Origin: Lama guanicoe
Lineage: Eukaryota
Assembly (NCBI GenBank): GCA_013239625.1
Contig: MU056000.1
Span: forward strand, 7,603,214 to 7,663,213
Reading direction: 5' to 3'
DNA: 60,000 nt
Part shown: piece by piece, positions 1-13,512 of the stretch
How the letters are laid out: every line of letters begins with the position of its first letter
How positions within the stretch are numbered: position 1 is the stretch's first letter
The notes under the pieces: model-generated
What the model was told of the DNA's origin: nothing
Database searches by the model: none
Seen by the model: the letters and a program-made list of their open reading frames with translations, nothing else
Made by a program: the position numbers and the translations under genes

Positions 1-650
1 ATTCTGGTGGGTGTGTGATAGTATTTTATACTTTCAGTTAGCATTTCCCCCATCACGAATGAGTTTTGAATGACGTTTCATATGTTCACTGGCCGCTTGG
101 TGCTCCTCTTAATGAATGAATTCGCCTGTTCACATCTTTTTCTTACTGTTCTGTCGGTTCGCCTGTCTGGTCCTTACTGATTCGCAGGAGTTCTTCACAC
201 AGTCTGGATACAACTTCTTTATCAGGATCTGCATTGGAAATATTACCTCCCTCTCCGTGAGTTCTTATTCACTCTCTTAATGTTGACCTTCCACAGACAA
301 AAGTTTTTCATTTCAATCTCTTCCAATTTCCCAAACTTTTCCTTGATGGTCAGTGTGTTTTTGTGTTACTTTATGAAATCTTTGCTATTCCGAGATCAGA
401 TGAATAATCTCTTACGCGATTTTCTGGGTACACAACCACCTGAAACGGGTTTTTTTTGTGTGTGTATGTAGAGTCTGAGGGCCTAAGATTCATTTTTTAG
501 AAGTATGACTATTCAATTGACCTAGCACCAGTTATAGAAAGGATCACCTTTTTCTCATCACTCGACTTCACCTCTGTCATAAATCAAGTGAATGCACATG
601 GGGAGGTCTGCTTCTGTATCTTCTATTCCGTTTCACTGTTTGTCATTTGA
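1..650 (-). mobile_element. Ancient L1 (L1ME/L1M-like) 3' fragment
   Basis: T-rich antisense L1 motifs (tcatatgttcactggcc, ctggatacaacttctttatcagg, cctagcaccagttatagaaag); boundaries approximate. Confidence 0.7.
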
Positions 651-2490
651 TTTAGGAAAAATAAAGAATTGTGACTTTTTTTTGCATCTGAGTGCCTTGG
701 AGCAAATGTGTGCCATTAGGAAAATTCTGTTGTGGTCAGAGTATGTGTAAAGTGTATTCTGAGTGCTCTTCTTCCCTTCAGTAAGATCAAGTGTTTAAGT
801 TAATCATAATTAGATTCCCCAATCCTTTTTCCGGGTCTTAGGAGGAAGTAAGCCAGTAACAGGTTAGGGGTAGAAAGTCCCATGAGAGGTTCAGCTGAAG
901 AGAAATTCAGGGGGGCCTGTTTCAGGAAGGATGAACTTCCTCTGGTGGGTGTTGGCCTGTTTCCACAGCATTCCTCTTCCCACTGGGTCTCATCCTGTCT
1001 CTCCCCGGCTCAGGATAACCTTGATGTTTCTCCAAGTCCTCTTCAGACCCCATATGCTCATTTCTGTCTGGGCTCCCGCCGGGCCCCCTCCCAGGATGGC
1101 CTCCCCACTGCTTTTGGTCTTTACAAGGCTTTTCCACAGTCTGATGTCTTTCAGAAAGTCTCTCCTTATCCTATCAGCCCTTCCTGACCTTCCTCGCCTC
1201 TGAACCCTGCATCTGCTATTATTTCTGAATCGCTTGTTTTGGCCTTTGTATCATGACTAAATATTACAGAGGTTCTTTTCTCTCAAGCTGGAAGCCCAGC
1301 TCTGCGGGAAATCAAAGTCCCTTTTTGACTCAAACCAGGTGCCCAATAGCTATTGCATCTGAGATGGAGGGAAGAAGGGGCCTGGAGGGCAGTGCAGTGG
1401 AGGGCAGCTGGGAGGGACCTGCCCTGGGATGCTGAGAAGCAGGAGGGCCTGCTGCCTCTAGGGGACTCAGAATCCCCTGCCCCACATTGGATGCCTGGTG
1501 GTCCTAGTCCCCAACTGTCCTAAACCCTTGATTCATGTTTCCAAATATTTGAATCAGAAAAGATGCCAGCTCTCACACTGGGCAGAGCGGGTCATGGTCA
1601 AGGCATGGGGAAGGACACGTCACTCCTTCTGAGTCAGAATTTTGTTTTGTTTTTTAGCTGAAAACAGAAGCATTGCTGACATTCTCCTTCCCAGCTGAGA
1701 GCAAGCCTGCGGCCAAGGAGACTGTCAGACTCTGGGGGACAGGCCGACACTGTCTCCGGGCCGCTCACAGCTGCGTCATCCGCATAGACAAACCTGCACA
1801 CCTGCTGGATGAGACGTCCCCTAAATGGATGTCACGCAGCCTCAGTGTGCTGGGCCTTCGGTGCACCGTCATGATGAACTGCGCGTGCCGGCTGATGTAC
1901 TAGAAGAAGCTGTTGGGTGCCGGTAAAGAGGGACAAATATGGAAAGATGTTCTGGTTGTTTGGGGATTTTTGTTGCTTGCTGGTGACAGGTGTTTTTGGA
2001 ATATTGTCCCCAGGTCTTGACAGATGTTCTCCACTTAATTTCCCCGAGGCTTCTGGCAGAATGGCAGGAGCGATCTGTAGTCTGTTTTCCCTTCTTTAAA
2101 AACATTTCCAGAGACTTGGAAAGTTGAGAAAAATAAATGTTGCCACCCCAGTCTCCTCTTATTTGGTGACTTCTAACAAGGGTGCAGTGCAAAAAAAAAA
2201 AAAAAAACCCTGATCTGGCTTTGGGGATCCCCTGGGATCATCTGTAGTTGGATGTCTGCTAAGCATGGGTCTGCTGTCTGCTATAGGGACATTCCAAGGA
2301 ACCCATTAACCATTTTCTCCTCAATGTCCCTTGGGTCCCAAGCAGAAGTGAGTAGAAGGAGAGTCATGTGGCAAAACGCATTTCTGATAACAAACCTCAG
2401 GGCTCTATTGTCTCAGCCTCCAGTTCTCCCCAGTGCTCTGTGCGTGGGGAGGTACTTCACCCCACAGGGACCCCAGGCTCTGCAGGGCTT

Positions 2491-3010
2491 CTTTTTTTTA
2501 TTAAAATATAGTTGATTTCCAATGTCTGTTAGTTGCTGGTGTATGGCAAAGTGATTCAGAGATACACTTTTTCATTGTAGATTGTTATAAGCTATTGAAT
2601 ATAGTTCCCTGTGCTGTACAGTAGGACCTTGTTGTTTATCTATTGTATATATAGTAGTTTATATCTGTTAATCCCAAACTCCTAATTTATTCCATCCCAC
2701 CTTCCCCTTTCATAATCATGAGTTTTATTTTCCATGTTTGTGAGTCTGTTTCCATTTTGTAAATAAGTTCATTTGTACCATTTTTTAGGTTCCATATATC
2801 AGTGACATCATGTGATATTTGTCTTTCTTTGTCTGACTTGTTTCACTTAATATGACCATCTCTAGGTCCATCCATGTTGCTGTAAATGGCATTATTTCAT
2901 TCTTTTTTATGGCTGAGTAGTATTCCATTGTATATATGTGTGTGTCTATATATCTATATCTATATGTGTATGTATATCCCAGCTTCTTTATCCATCATCT
3001 GTCCCTGGAC
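2491..3010 (-). mobile_element. Young artiodactyl/camelid-type L1 3' end
   Basis: Poly-T tail followed by antisense L1 3'UTR (atagttccctgtgctgtacagtaggaccttgttg, ctaggtccatccatgttgctgtaaatggc). Confidence 0.9.
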
Positions 3011-3029
3011 ATGCTCAGGGTGGTCTACC

Positions 3030-3478
3030 AAGTGGTGGCATGAGTATGTGACTAAAAAAAGTAGGCCCTCAGAGGATGCTGCCTGTCCTTAAAAGCAGAA
3101 AAAGGGGTCTTTCAGGGAAGGGAGAGGCTGATTGGAGTTGGGCCAAATTTGTGATATCACAGTTCCAGAATGGTGGACACAACAAGGTAAGAGGTCTGAA
3201 GCAGCCTGGGAGAGGAAATGAATGTTCTGTAAGCCCTGCAGATGAACTGCTGTTTCTCCAAGTAAAGGGTTCCTACCTTGGTGAGAACCAGCTGAGAAGT
3301 CCATTGTTGGGATTTACGGATTTTCAGGACGTTCCTGAAACAACAATAGAGTATCTCACAAACTGATCTTCCTGGGCAAGACTTTTCCAGAAAAGTGAAG
3401 TCCTGCTAATGTGGAGTGTTGAATAGTAAAGTCGTATTAGTGGGAAGCTCTGGGCTGAAGAGGGTTCCAGGTCTCACA
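3030..3478 (-). mobile_element. Probable degraded ERV LTR
   Basis: LTR-like composition ending in ...ggtctcaca (TG start on minus strand); family not recognised. Confidence 0.35.
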
Positions 3479-3889
3479 TGCTTTTCTTACAATTCTACTA
3501 TCTAGGGGGAGGGAGGGGTTATTTATCTGGTCCTTGGTTACTTAAGAAACATGGAGGAAGGGAGGAACGGCGTTTCTCAGATGGGATAAGCCAAGGAAGA
3601 TAGTGGGGATTTGGTATATGGGAAGATAGTGGATTTACGACTCCAGTGAGATGGAGACATGGGCTGACACAAACAAGGCAGTGGGATTTATGACCCTGAT
3701 AAGGAGGAGACGGGTGCCGAGACAAGGCAGCCTGAGCTGCGGTGAGGCTGGTCCCTCCCCAGGGCTGCCAGCTGTGCTGAGGCAAACACGGCAGGAAAGG
3801 GAGTGCTTCCTCTTTTTTGAGGGCTTGCAGGTGGACGTCTGAGAGCCCAGGAATGGGGGTCCCAGGGCCTCAGCAGGCAACAGTTGGCA

Positions 3890-4050
3890 CTGCACTTTAC
3901 AATCCTTTTCTCATTTTAATTTTCACAGTAACCTTGTAAAACAGATATAATTCCCATCAATTGCTTGAGGAGACTGAGGCTCACTGAGACTCAAAGACAA
4001 TAAGTCACTTGCACAGCCAGGAAGTGATGGGGCCAGGACAGGATCCCAAG
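3890..4050 (-). mobile_element. MIR SINE
   Basis: Antisense MIR core (gaggagactgaggctc...aagtcacttgcacagccaggaagtg). Confidence 0.75.
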
Positions 4051-4402
4051 TCCGGTGGGGTCCAGCCCCACATCGGGCGCCACGCAGCCCCTGCTGAGGC
4101 ATCACAGAGGCCACCCCACGGGCCAGGCTCCTGCCCTGTGTCCCCAGCACTGCCTGCTGTACTACATCCCTTGGCTCTTCCTGGGGAACATTGAGAGTCT
4201 GTTGGATGAGTGACTTGCTCTCTGGAGCCATTCATCCTGGTATGGCTCACACTGGGTTTCCTTGGCTGGGGTTCTTTTCAAAATCCAGTTTTCAACAAGT
4301 CATGCTGCTTGAAAACCCTTCAGAGCTCCCCTCACCCCTGGGCCACGTCCAGAGTCCCCAGCACGATTTGGAATGGAAAGCCGGACGGAGCATGTGGGCG
4401 TC

Positions 4403-4854
4403 TGTGAAGGGATCAACAGTGGCATAATGGCTTTAAGCCGAAATGTTTGGGTTGTAGCAAATGCAGAAAGAAACCTTATCTGAACTTCCCTTATGTATTA
4501 AATCAGAGCTTCCTAAGAATTCAGCTTGCATAAAGCCCCTTCTGAGGCAGTCTCCAGTTCTGTGGACGACTGGCCTTGGACACCGTGATAGCCTAGACAA
4601 TTATGTAAATGAGCCTCATCAGGATCTTCCATCTTTTCCCACTGAAGCTGTGCCCTCCTCACCCCTGCTTGGCCCCCCATTAAGCTGGCATATAAACCCT
4701 TACCCCTGGCTGTCTGGGAAGCCACTCTTTACAGAAGGCTCCTGCACGCACGTGAAATAATCTTTTCTTGTACTTATCTGTCTGTGGTCATTTAATTTAC
4801 AGACCCCTGACCACTCGAACATCAGTTGATACGGGAAACGTTTTCCTCCCGACA
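4403..4854 (+). mobile_element. Solo ERV1 LTR (MER34/MER39-like)
   Basis: TG...CA termini (tgtgaaggga...ttttcctcccgaca), internal TATA (catataaac) and degenerate polyA signal. Confidence 0.7.
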
Positions 4855-5352
4855 GAAGGAAATGAAAAATCCACTGGGATGGTATGACAATGACAATATG
4901 GTTGTACTGAGGGTAAAAAAACACAGAATTCACTCAGGGAGTGATGGATGTTGCCTGTGAATCGCCCTGTCCTATGCAGACCCTCCATTTTCATTGCCAC
5001 CATGGACCACTCATCACTCTTTGACTACAAAACTTAACTATGCTTTTTCTCAAACTGGTCCCTCTTCTTCAGAAGCTCCAAACCTTTTTCTCTGCTAAGA
5101 GATCTCCTCTGACAACATGTGAGGACTTTATCTTGAAGTCTTCTGCATTTGTACTGCCTTCTGCCAGACAGAATCAAGCACTCTTGACTGTGTGCCCTTA
5201 ACAGTGTAATCATACACTCGCCCAGTCTTTGTGTACTTACCCACCTTCATTCATCTGTTTAGCCATCTCTCCTTTCTTTCATGTATCCATTGGCCCATCC
5301 ATTTACTTATTTTTCCATTCATCCATACATCTGTTCATCCAACACTCTTTCA

Positions 5353-5484
5353 GGGGGAGAATATAGCTCAGCGGGAGAGCGCTGTGCTTAGCATCACAAG
5401 ATCCTGGGTTCAATCCCCAGTACCTCTATTAAGAAATAAATAAGTTACCCCACTCCCCCCAAAAAATTTTTTAAAAATCAACTT
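5353..5484 (+). mobile_element. Camelid-type tRNA-derived SINE
   Basis: A box (atagctcagcggg), B box (gggttcaatccc), A-rich tail; 16-bp TSD catccaacactctttc (5336-5351) / cacccaacactttttc (5485-5500). Confidence 0.9.
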
Positions 5485-7223
5485 CACCCAACACTTTTTC
5501 CATTATTCATAGAAGAAATATTTATTTAAATCCCTATATATGCCTAACCTTGGTTCAATCTTTGCATTGAACAGAGAGATTTCATTCTATTCCAAGGCCA
5601 AGGAGTAGACAGCCAATTCCAGAAAACACCTAGAAAGGGTGGCTTTTAGTCCCACGCTGGGTTTTCTGTTGGATTGGTGCAACCTGTCCTCATGACCAGC
5701 TCAGGTTCCTTGTCTTCTTGACTAAGGTGGAAGCTGAGAGAGAAATGTTCAGTTTGAATTTTGGATTAAGAATCCAGGAATTCTGGGTCCTGCTTCCTCT
5801 GGCCTAGAGAACACCCAGCAGAAGTGCAGTGAAGGCAGAGAAAGAGGGTTATAAATGTGGAGCGTCCTGTATGTTTCATCACTAAACTGATAGTCAGTTG
5901 CCTTTCTTTGTAGTCTCAAGAACAATGGGAGTCTGGTAAGATGGAATGAGAACCAGAAAACTTTAGAAGTGACACCAAGCAATCAGACATGGAAAAAAAC
6001 AACCCGGCCTCTGGGCGTTTCGAACTCGGAGTCCTTCTTTGGCTGTTTTCCATCATGGAGACAAAGAGAGCATGACACGGTTTTTGACTCTGCTTTAAAA
6101 TTTTTCTATAGGAAGGGGACCCCACTCTAACTCAAAAGGTGACACCCTAACGACTATGCCCCTCATAAAACATTCACTGGCTCCTGTTACCACTGAGCAC
6201 ACCGGGAAGGTCCTGCCGCACAACAGGACTCGAGTTTCTTTTCCACTCATTTCCCAGCTCCCGGTGGGAACTGGGTCTTCACGGTTATTGAGAATTCAAG
6301 GCCCCATCTTCATGGCAACAATTTCAGCCTATATTACCAGACCTCAGCGTTTACTCTAAAAGGCAGGCATTTTTCCTTGTCGAGGAATCAGGATCCTTTC
6401 CTCTGCCTCTGGCACCCGGTACTTACAGCCTGCAAACGAGTGATGTACGGCTCATTTTGCCGCCTCCACGGAGGCCGGCTCATCTGACGATTCCATTCAT
6501 TAGATGTGGAGTGAGAGAAATGCCCACTTCATTTTCTTTGTGTCCGCTACCTTATTTTCCCTCTTTTGGTCTGAAGAGAACCAATAAACCTTCTATCTTC
6601 AAATTTTCAGAGGACTTCTTTCCACCTAGCTGCTTCTCAAATGCTTTTAAATGGAAAAAAGAACTGAAAACAGGCTGCTGTTGGGGTGATCTGCAAGCTC
6701 TGAAATTACTGTTTTTCTGCTTCGCAGGCTCAGTGATTGACAGTACCGTCTCCCAGATAGTCAACCAGTTGGCACTGGCTGGGATGGCACCGTTCACAAT
6801 TACTTGAGTCTCTTTTCTTTTTTTTGGTCAGTTTTTACTGAATGAAAACTAGAATTAATTTTTCATGGGCTAATGGTTTTGCACAGCTACGGTGTAACTG
6901 CCAAGTTTATGGACTTTGCAAATAACATTTACTCTCTCTCTCCCCCTTTTCTAATTCTTCCTTCCCTGGTCTCTCTAGAGTTTTAGTTTTTCATGCTTTT
7001 AGCCCTTTCTCATATCTGGTTTATTCTGATAAGAGCAGATTAACTAGCCAGCCTGGAGTAAGAGAAAGCTCTTGGCAGACGAGGTCCAGTGGTCCCAGTA
7101 AGTGACTCGTGCATTGGCCTGGAGCCACGGGTGGAGCACGATCTCCTCTGCGCCCTAGCTGTGTCCGCAGGAGGAAGCCACTGACCTAAGGCCTCTGTAG
7201 TCCATTGTCCCTCCCTGTAGATC

Positions 7224-7443
7224 ATGGCTTCTCAGCCTTGGCTCTCTTGATATTTTGTCCTGAAATAATTCTTTGTTATGGTGGGGCTGGGGATGGAGGC
7301 GTGGATGCTATCCTGTTCATTGTAAGATGTTCAGCAGCATTCCTGACTTTCATCCACTGCTTCCCCAGAGGTGACAACCAAAGATGCCTTCAGACATTGC
7401 CAGATGTCCCCTGTGGGGGGAGCAGATTGCTCTCAGAACCATG
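7224..7443 (+). mobile_element. MER20 hAT-Charlie MITE
   Basis: Matches recalled MER20 motifs (ataattctttgttatgg, gtgacaaccaaagatgccttcagacattgccagatgtcccctg) with degenerate TIRs. Confidence 0.85.
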
Positions 7444-7596
7444 ACTATGGATACCCTACCTTGTGCTCCTTGAGTGGAAGTTCCCAGAGAGCGTTGGGAT
7501 AAACGAGAGAAAAGGAAGAGGAGAAGGGGAGGAATGTGAAAGTAGACGGGCTCCGGGGCACTGCCGTCTCGGCTGAGAACCCAGACTAACGACTTT

Positions 7597-7770
7597 ACTG
7601 GTCGCCAACCCTGGCTGCGTGTTAAAATCACCCAGAGAGCTTTAAAAAACACCGTCTGTCTGAGCGCAGCCCCGATCCTGAATCAGTTGGTGTGAGGTTA
7701 TGCGCAACATCTGTGTCTTCTTCTCAAGTTCCTCGGGCGACTAGCGTGATGCTGAGGCCGAGAACCACGG
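7597..7770. mobile_element. MER5A-family hAT-Charlie MITE
   Basis: caaccctggctgcgtgttaaaatcacccagagagctttaaaaa...gagaaccac. Confidence 0.75.
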
Positions 7771-8859
7771 GGCGGGGCGGACTCTGCCCTGCGCAGCTGG
7801 CTTTACAGTTTGCAGCCCCCAGCGCGTGGCCGCTCTGTGGCTGTGCTGTTGAGACATCCGCTTTGCCTTCCCGATACATGTGCCGCCGTCACCAAGCGGG
7901 AGACCGAGCATCACAAGTGGCTCGTGTGCCCCACCCGCCCCTCACTCCTCCTTCCCTGCCTAGGGGTCTCCCTTTTGCTCAGACAAGCACACACAGACTC
8001 ATCTGCTAGCAAAGAACGTGAAGGAGACCCTCTGGGTAACGCAGAAGAAGCCCACTTGGGACAGCACGTGGGTCTGCTGTTTTCACTGGTTGAGCCTCTT
8101 TTTTTTTATAGTTAATTGAAAGGGGTCCCTAAGTGGCCCACACGGAACTGGTAATGCCCAAAACTAAATGATACTTACTGAGAAAAATTCAGGGAAAGAA
8201 AAAAGAAAGTCACAAATTAAAGAATGGGCTGAATGGACAAGGGGTAGAGAAGGCGGGATCCAAGATGGTGGCTTGAAAGTGCAATTCCATGGGGGCATTT
8301 CCCCCAAAGAAGAAAGTAAAGAGACATAAACCAGGGCTTCTGGGCAGGGATGAGGAGGCACCCAGTTCCTGTGAAGGAGAAAGCCATGGAGCTGACTCAG
8401 CTGGGGCCAGAAGCAGAGGGACGGATCCTGAGTCAGGAAGGGGAGAGGTCACCTCTTTCAGAGGTCCCTAGAAGGCAGAGGCAAGACGTGACTGGACCTA
8501 GAAGATGGAGTAGGGGTGGCTGGTGAACAAATACTTGACTTCAGGAGGGAGGGTGTTACCCCCGGAGGTAGGGGACAAATGGAATTTCCTGGAAGGGATA
8601 CTCAGCAAAGTTTAAACTTGCTAAGGAAGAGAGATGGATGGAAAACATCCTGTGTTATGGTCTCTGCACAGAACCTAGCAAGTGCTCAGCTGTTTCTCAG
8701 GCTGAGAAGCTGAATATGTTAGATGACTACATCATATAAAGTGTAAATCCCCAAAGTCTGGCACCTGATATGCCTTGTTGTTAGAGCAAGAGGACTGCAA
8801 GATTCAGAAAGCAAGAGACAACGAGAGGGACAGGGAGCCAAGAATGACATCGATGATCG

Positions 8860-9640
8860 TAAAAATACAAAGAGTTCTAATGAGTATTCAATTAACCCCC
8901 CCCCCAGCAAAAATGGGTAAGAAGAAACAGAAGAACTGAAAATAGTTGGGAAAATAGTAAAATGGAAGTTCTGAATCCCATCAGATCTAAAATTATGCTA
9001 AGTGGAAATGGATTAAACACTCCAATTAAGAGGGAGAGGTTGTCAGAAAAGAGAAAAAAACAAAACCCCACCCAGGATGCAAGATATTCTTTAAACATAA
9101 AGACATTGATAGATTGAAAGTGATTGGATGTTAAAAGATGTACTGAGTAAATGGCATAAGCAGACTGGAGTAGCTACATTCATCTCAGATAACAGACATA
9201 ACAACCAAAAGTATTACCAGAGTTAAAGGGGGATGTTTCATAATGATAAGGGGTTAATTAATCCAGAATGTATATGCCTCCAAACAACCATAAATGTATA
9301 TGCTCCAAACCACATATCTTCAAACTAAAAATACACTTGACTAATTGAAAGCAAAAATTATATCATGGTATTATGGGATTCACAATGTACATAAATGCAA
9401 AACTATGACAACTGTAGCATATAGGAAGGGGGACAGAGATCAATCAACCTCTAAGTTTGCAAGATTCTTTTATTTCACGTGAAGTGGTATAATATTAACA
9501 GTAAGTCAGCTGTGAAAGGATAAAGATGCACAATCTAAACCCCATAACACCCACTTAAAAATACAAAGTGCAATAGCTAAAAAAGAAAAACCAATAGCTA
9601 TATTAAAATGAAATTCTAAAAAATATTTATTCAACCCAGA
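8860..9640 (+). mobile_element. Ancient L1 fragments (inter-ORF region and ORF2 endonuclease start)
   Basis: aaatggattaaacactccaattaagagggagaggttgtcag is a degenerate ORF2 N-terminus (NGLNTPIKR); inter-ORF-like sequence at 9345-9640. Confidence 0.75.
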
Positions 9641-10556
9641 AATACACACACACTCCCATTCCATGTATATTGCTTTGGGATGATGGAATCTACCAACTTG
9701 TGTGAAAGGCCATCTTTCGTGAAGGTTAGCGTTTCCTTAGTTTCTCTGGTTATAAAGTGTTGTCACAATGAGTTGTAATTTTGGCAAATTCGTAGCCATC
9801 ATAAACCGCTGCTCTCATCCAAGCGTACTTCTTTCTGTAGCTAAGTTAGGAAGTCTTTCCCTGTGTGGCTTGTTCTGGTTTGTGGATTTTGTGGGGGTCT
9901 AGTTTTATCAAGAAGCATTCAGCTTTCAGATCCAGGTCTTAATAGAAAGTAACCCCATTACCTTCTCCCTTTCCTGAAGATTTCCATAAGAGTTCCTAGA
10001 ATTCTGAGATTTCCTGGATGAATGTGAGTCCTACCAAAGAGAAATCTAATCACCATTAATATTTTTAATATCAGTAAAAGAAAAAGGAGTCAGGTCCACT
10101 GGGGACAAACTATCTCTCTCACACACACATGCACAGTCATTTGATGTCTTTGTGTGATCGTGTCTTTGGATCTGGTCATCATTTCATGAGCATCGTCCTG
10201 GGTGGTATGAGATGCAGCCAGATGGAACACGTGTCCTGCTGGCTCGCAGAGACCTCCTTCTGTGAACTCCTATTAACTGTGGGCTCTCTACAGCCTGCAT
10301 TTGTGCAGTTGACTTCTTTAGACTCAGTCAAGTCTCCACATTTGTCTCATTAATGTCATCTTGCAACTTCCAAGAGCAATTAAAAAAAATAGCTCTTGCC
10401 ATCTGATAAGTGTGCAGAAAATGATTGCTGAATGAATATTTGAATTGGATTTTTTTTAAAAATCCAAACCATTTAACAAAACCCTTTGGACTGGCCTCTG
10501 GATTCAAATAAATATAGCTGAATTTAACAAATATGTGAAGGTATTTGCTGAAAGTG

Positions 10557-10900
10557 CACCTGGCTGTCCATATCTGTGGGTTCTGCATTCTCAGATTTAA
10601 CTAGCCTTGGACTGAAAATATTTGGGGAAAAAAGTTCCAGAAAACTCCAAAAGGCAAAACTTGAATTTGCCATATGCCAGCCAACAATTTGCATAGCATT
10701 TACATTGTTATTTACAGCTATTGACAGAGCATTTACATTTTAATAGGTATCATAAGTAATCTAGAAATGATTCAAAGTACACAGGAGGATACCAGTAGGT
10801 TATATGCAAATCCCAATCGATTTTATACGATACTTGAGCATTCTCAAAGTGAGGGCTGGTGTTCTGGAACCAGTGTCCCCCAGACACTGAGGGAGGACTG
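10557..10900. mobile_element. Tigger-derived MITE (MER2/MER2B-like)
   Basis: ggcaaaacttgaatttgcc, aagtaatctagaaatgattcaaagtac, terminal ctgagggaggactg followed by TA. Confidence 0.85.
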
Positions 10901-11649
10901 TATCAGGAGAGGCAGGGTCTTCCTGGTCCTGAAGGACACTGTAATTCAATAGGAGTGTGGACATGCGAAAAGGACTAACAGAAAAATAACCATTATAGTT
11001 GAGTATTAAGTGAAGGAAACAATTATGAATGGGAAAGCAAAACAGATAGGGGCGGGCTCAGTAAGCAGCAGGCTCAGTAAGCAGCAGAGCTGGGTCAGTA
11101 CATGAAGGTCACTTTGGAGATTCACAGGAGGTAAGACCAGAGCAGAGTTTCTGGAGGATTCTGAAAACTGCGTTTGACCTATTTGTATATAATTTGCTCC
11201 ACAATAAGAAAGTATTGGCTATTTTTAAGCTGGGCTATAGGAAGATGGATCTGGAAGCAGTTTGTGGTGGAGGAATGAAAGACTGGAGGGGTTGAAAACG
11301 AAATTGAGGTTTTGTACCTGAGCTGGCTTCTCTTTTGTCCACGTGAAAGGATTTCTGCTTGGAGTGGGGTGATCACGTTTCTTCCTCACCTGGTTTCCTG
11401 AGGAGAGGACGTCCACCTTGAATGATGAAAAACAACTTGGAGAGTCAAAAGGTCAGACTCAGCCCTTATCATGTTGAGAGCTTTCAAGAGGTGATAAACA
11501 CTCAGGAAAGAGAATCTAAATGGTCTGCTTCAGTGAAGGGAACCTCAAATTGTTATTTCCTAAAAAATCACACATTCCCTGTATAAACAGTTGCTTCCTT
11601 GTTGGTCACCAGTGGGATGGTATATTTTCTCAAGTCTCTTTCTTTCTGT

Positions 11650-12400
11650 TTTATTCACAAAGATTTATTGAAACTTACCATGTGCCAAACACTGTATCAG
11701 AATTTGAGATATTCTATTTAGTCCATTTTTAAAACATCAATTACCTAAGATGATTATTATTACATACTCAATAATATACCCCGTAATTCTTATTATTGTC
11801 ACTTCACTTGTGAGAAAACTGAGGCTCAGAGATGGTAAGTAACTTTTGCAAAGTCACACAGCCAGAACAAAGCTGAGATCTGGTTTCCAATATCCTGTCT
11901 GGGCATATTAAATATACAAAACACCATTTAATATTTTCCAGTTAGCAAGAGATACTACTTCCTAGAACTTTAGATAAATTGCATCAATTCTCACATCCAC
12001 CTGTTATTAAGTATCATGCCAAACTGAGGTGCAAAGAGGTGGAATGACTTGCCTAAATTCCCTTAACTAGTAACTGGGGGAGCTGGGTTGAATTCTCAGT
12101 CAGTGGGGGAGAGTGGACACTGGAATTTGGGTCTGTCTGATCCAAAGTGCATGTGTTAAGTGTGTTTGAAGGGGATTCTGATGATCCTCACCTCCTCAAC
12201 AATTCCTCCGAGGCCTTTTGAGCACCTACTATGTGCTAGACACTCTATGTGCTCTCCTATTTAATCCTGAACCCTGGGAGCTAGCATTCTTCTCCTTTCA
12301 CAGAGTAGGAATCACATCTCAGAGTGAAGAAGTTATTTACCAGACTTGTTTGCTATTAAGTGATGAGAAGTTTAATATCCAAGTGTGTCTGATGCTAAAT
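11650..12400 (-). mobile_element. Cluster of MIR/L2 fragments
   Basis: Repeated antisense MIR cores (gagaaaactgaggctcagagatggtaagtaact; aaactgaggtgcaaagagg; tgagcacctactatgtgctag). Confidence 0.7.
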
Positions 12401-13512
12401 ACTGCTTCATACAAGAATCCATTTCTCCCTGGAAGACCCACGCTTCCCCAGTGTTCCCCTCAGTTCTGCATTTTGTTCCTATGAGCTGGACTCAAGGAGG
12501 GGGCTTCCCGGGTGCCTGACTTTCTCCTCAGACCCTCTCCAGCAGCCTCTCCTCGTGGAGAACTGTGTGGTAGAGTTCCCATGTTAAATGTACCACGTCG
12601 TGGCTAAAATACAAAACCATTGAAACTAAACCTACAGCAACTACATTGTGAAAATGTTTATTCCATAGTGTTAAGTGGGGAAAGCAGGATGAAAAAAGTT
12701 CTGCATAAAAATAGAAATGCGTATGCACAGAACTGGGGGGAAGCACACAGACATGAAGAGAGTGAGGACAGTGGCATCATGGATGATTTTCTTTTCCATT
12801 TTTGAAATTGTCTTTAGTGTTGTTGTGTGTTTTTGGAGGGAGGGAGGGAATTTGCTATCGACATGCCACATACTCACACTGTATCAACCACAAGTGCATG
12901 GTGAGTTTTCACAAACTGAGTACGCTGGTGCAGCAAACACCCAGATGGAGAAATGGGTCATTGTCAGGACCCCAGAAGTCCCATTCGTGCTCCCGTTCCA
13001 TCTCACTTTGTGTTTTCACGTAAAGTTAGGAAAACCTATTCTCTGAGCACATATGGGCCGTTCACGACCATGTACCAAGAAGATCTTGGGAAGTGGCAGA
13101 AATCCAAGGAAGAGGTGGGCTGGTCCTCTGAGCCGGTAAGCACTGAGCATCCGTGGGGCTCCCAATTCATCATCATCTTTACTCCAGAAATAGCTGTGAT
13201 AAGGATGGGTCATTCAGTTCAGGAACAGGAACTCAGTATCCCACCTAATCAGAAACTGGAAGAGACAGGCTGGCATCTGCCGGGGGATGTTAAGGGGCTC
13301 TGAAGAGCATACAGAAATACCGCACTCACTGACGTCTGAGGGTCCACTGGGGTCCAAACTCCAGAGCTGGCAGCGCACAGATGCCGAGGGACCTTCAACC
13401 CAGGGAGAAGCGGCTCGAGAACGTGGTTCAGAGAATTTGAACGGACCAGAGAGAAACAGCTGAAGGACAAGGGCACGGCTGTCCAGGGCCTGGAGCCCAG
13501 GGGAGTTAGATT

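Noticed and set aside
922..1137. Hydrophilic 71-aa minus-strand ORF as a coding exon
   Set aside because: No recognisable homology or convincing splice sites
5353..5430. tRNA gene calls at the SINE heads (also 29335-29409 and 54753-54830)
   Set aside because: A/B boxes are followed by SINE-specific A-rich tails and flanked by TSDs, so these are SINEs rather than tRNA genes
6495..6535. MKWAFLSL peptide resembling the albumin signal peptide start (minus strand)
   Set aside because: Stops after 10 codons; chance similarity
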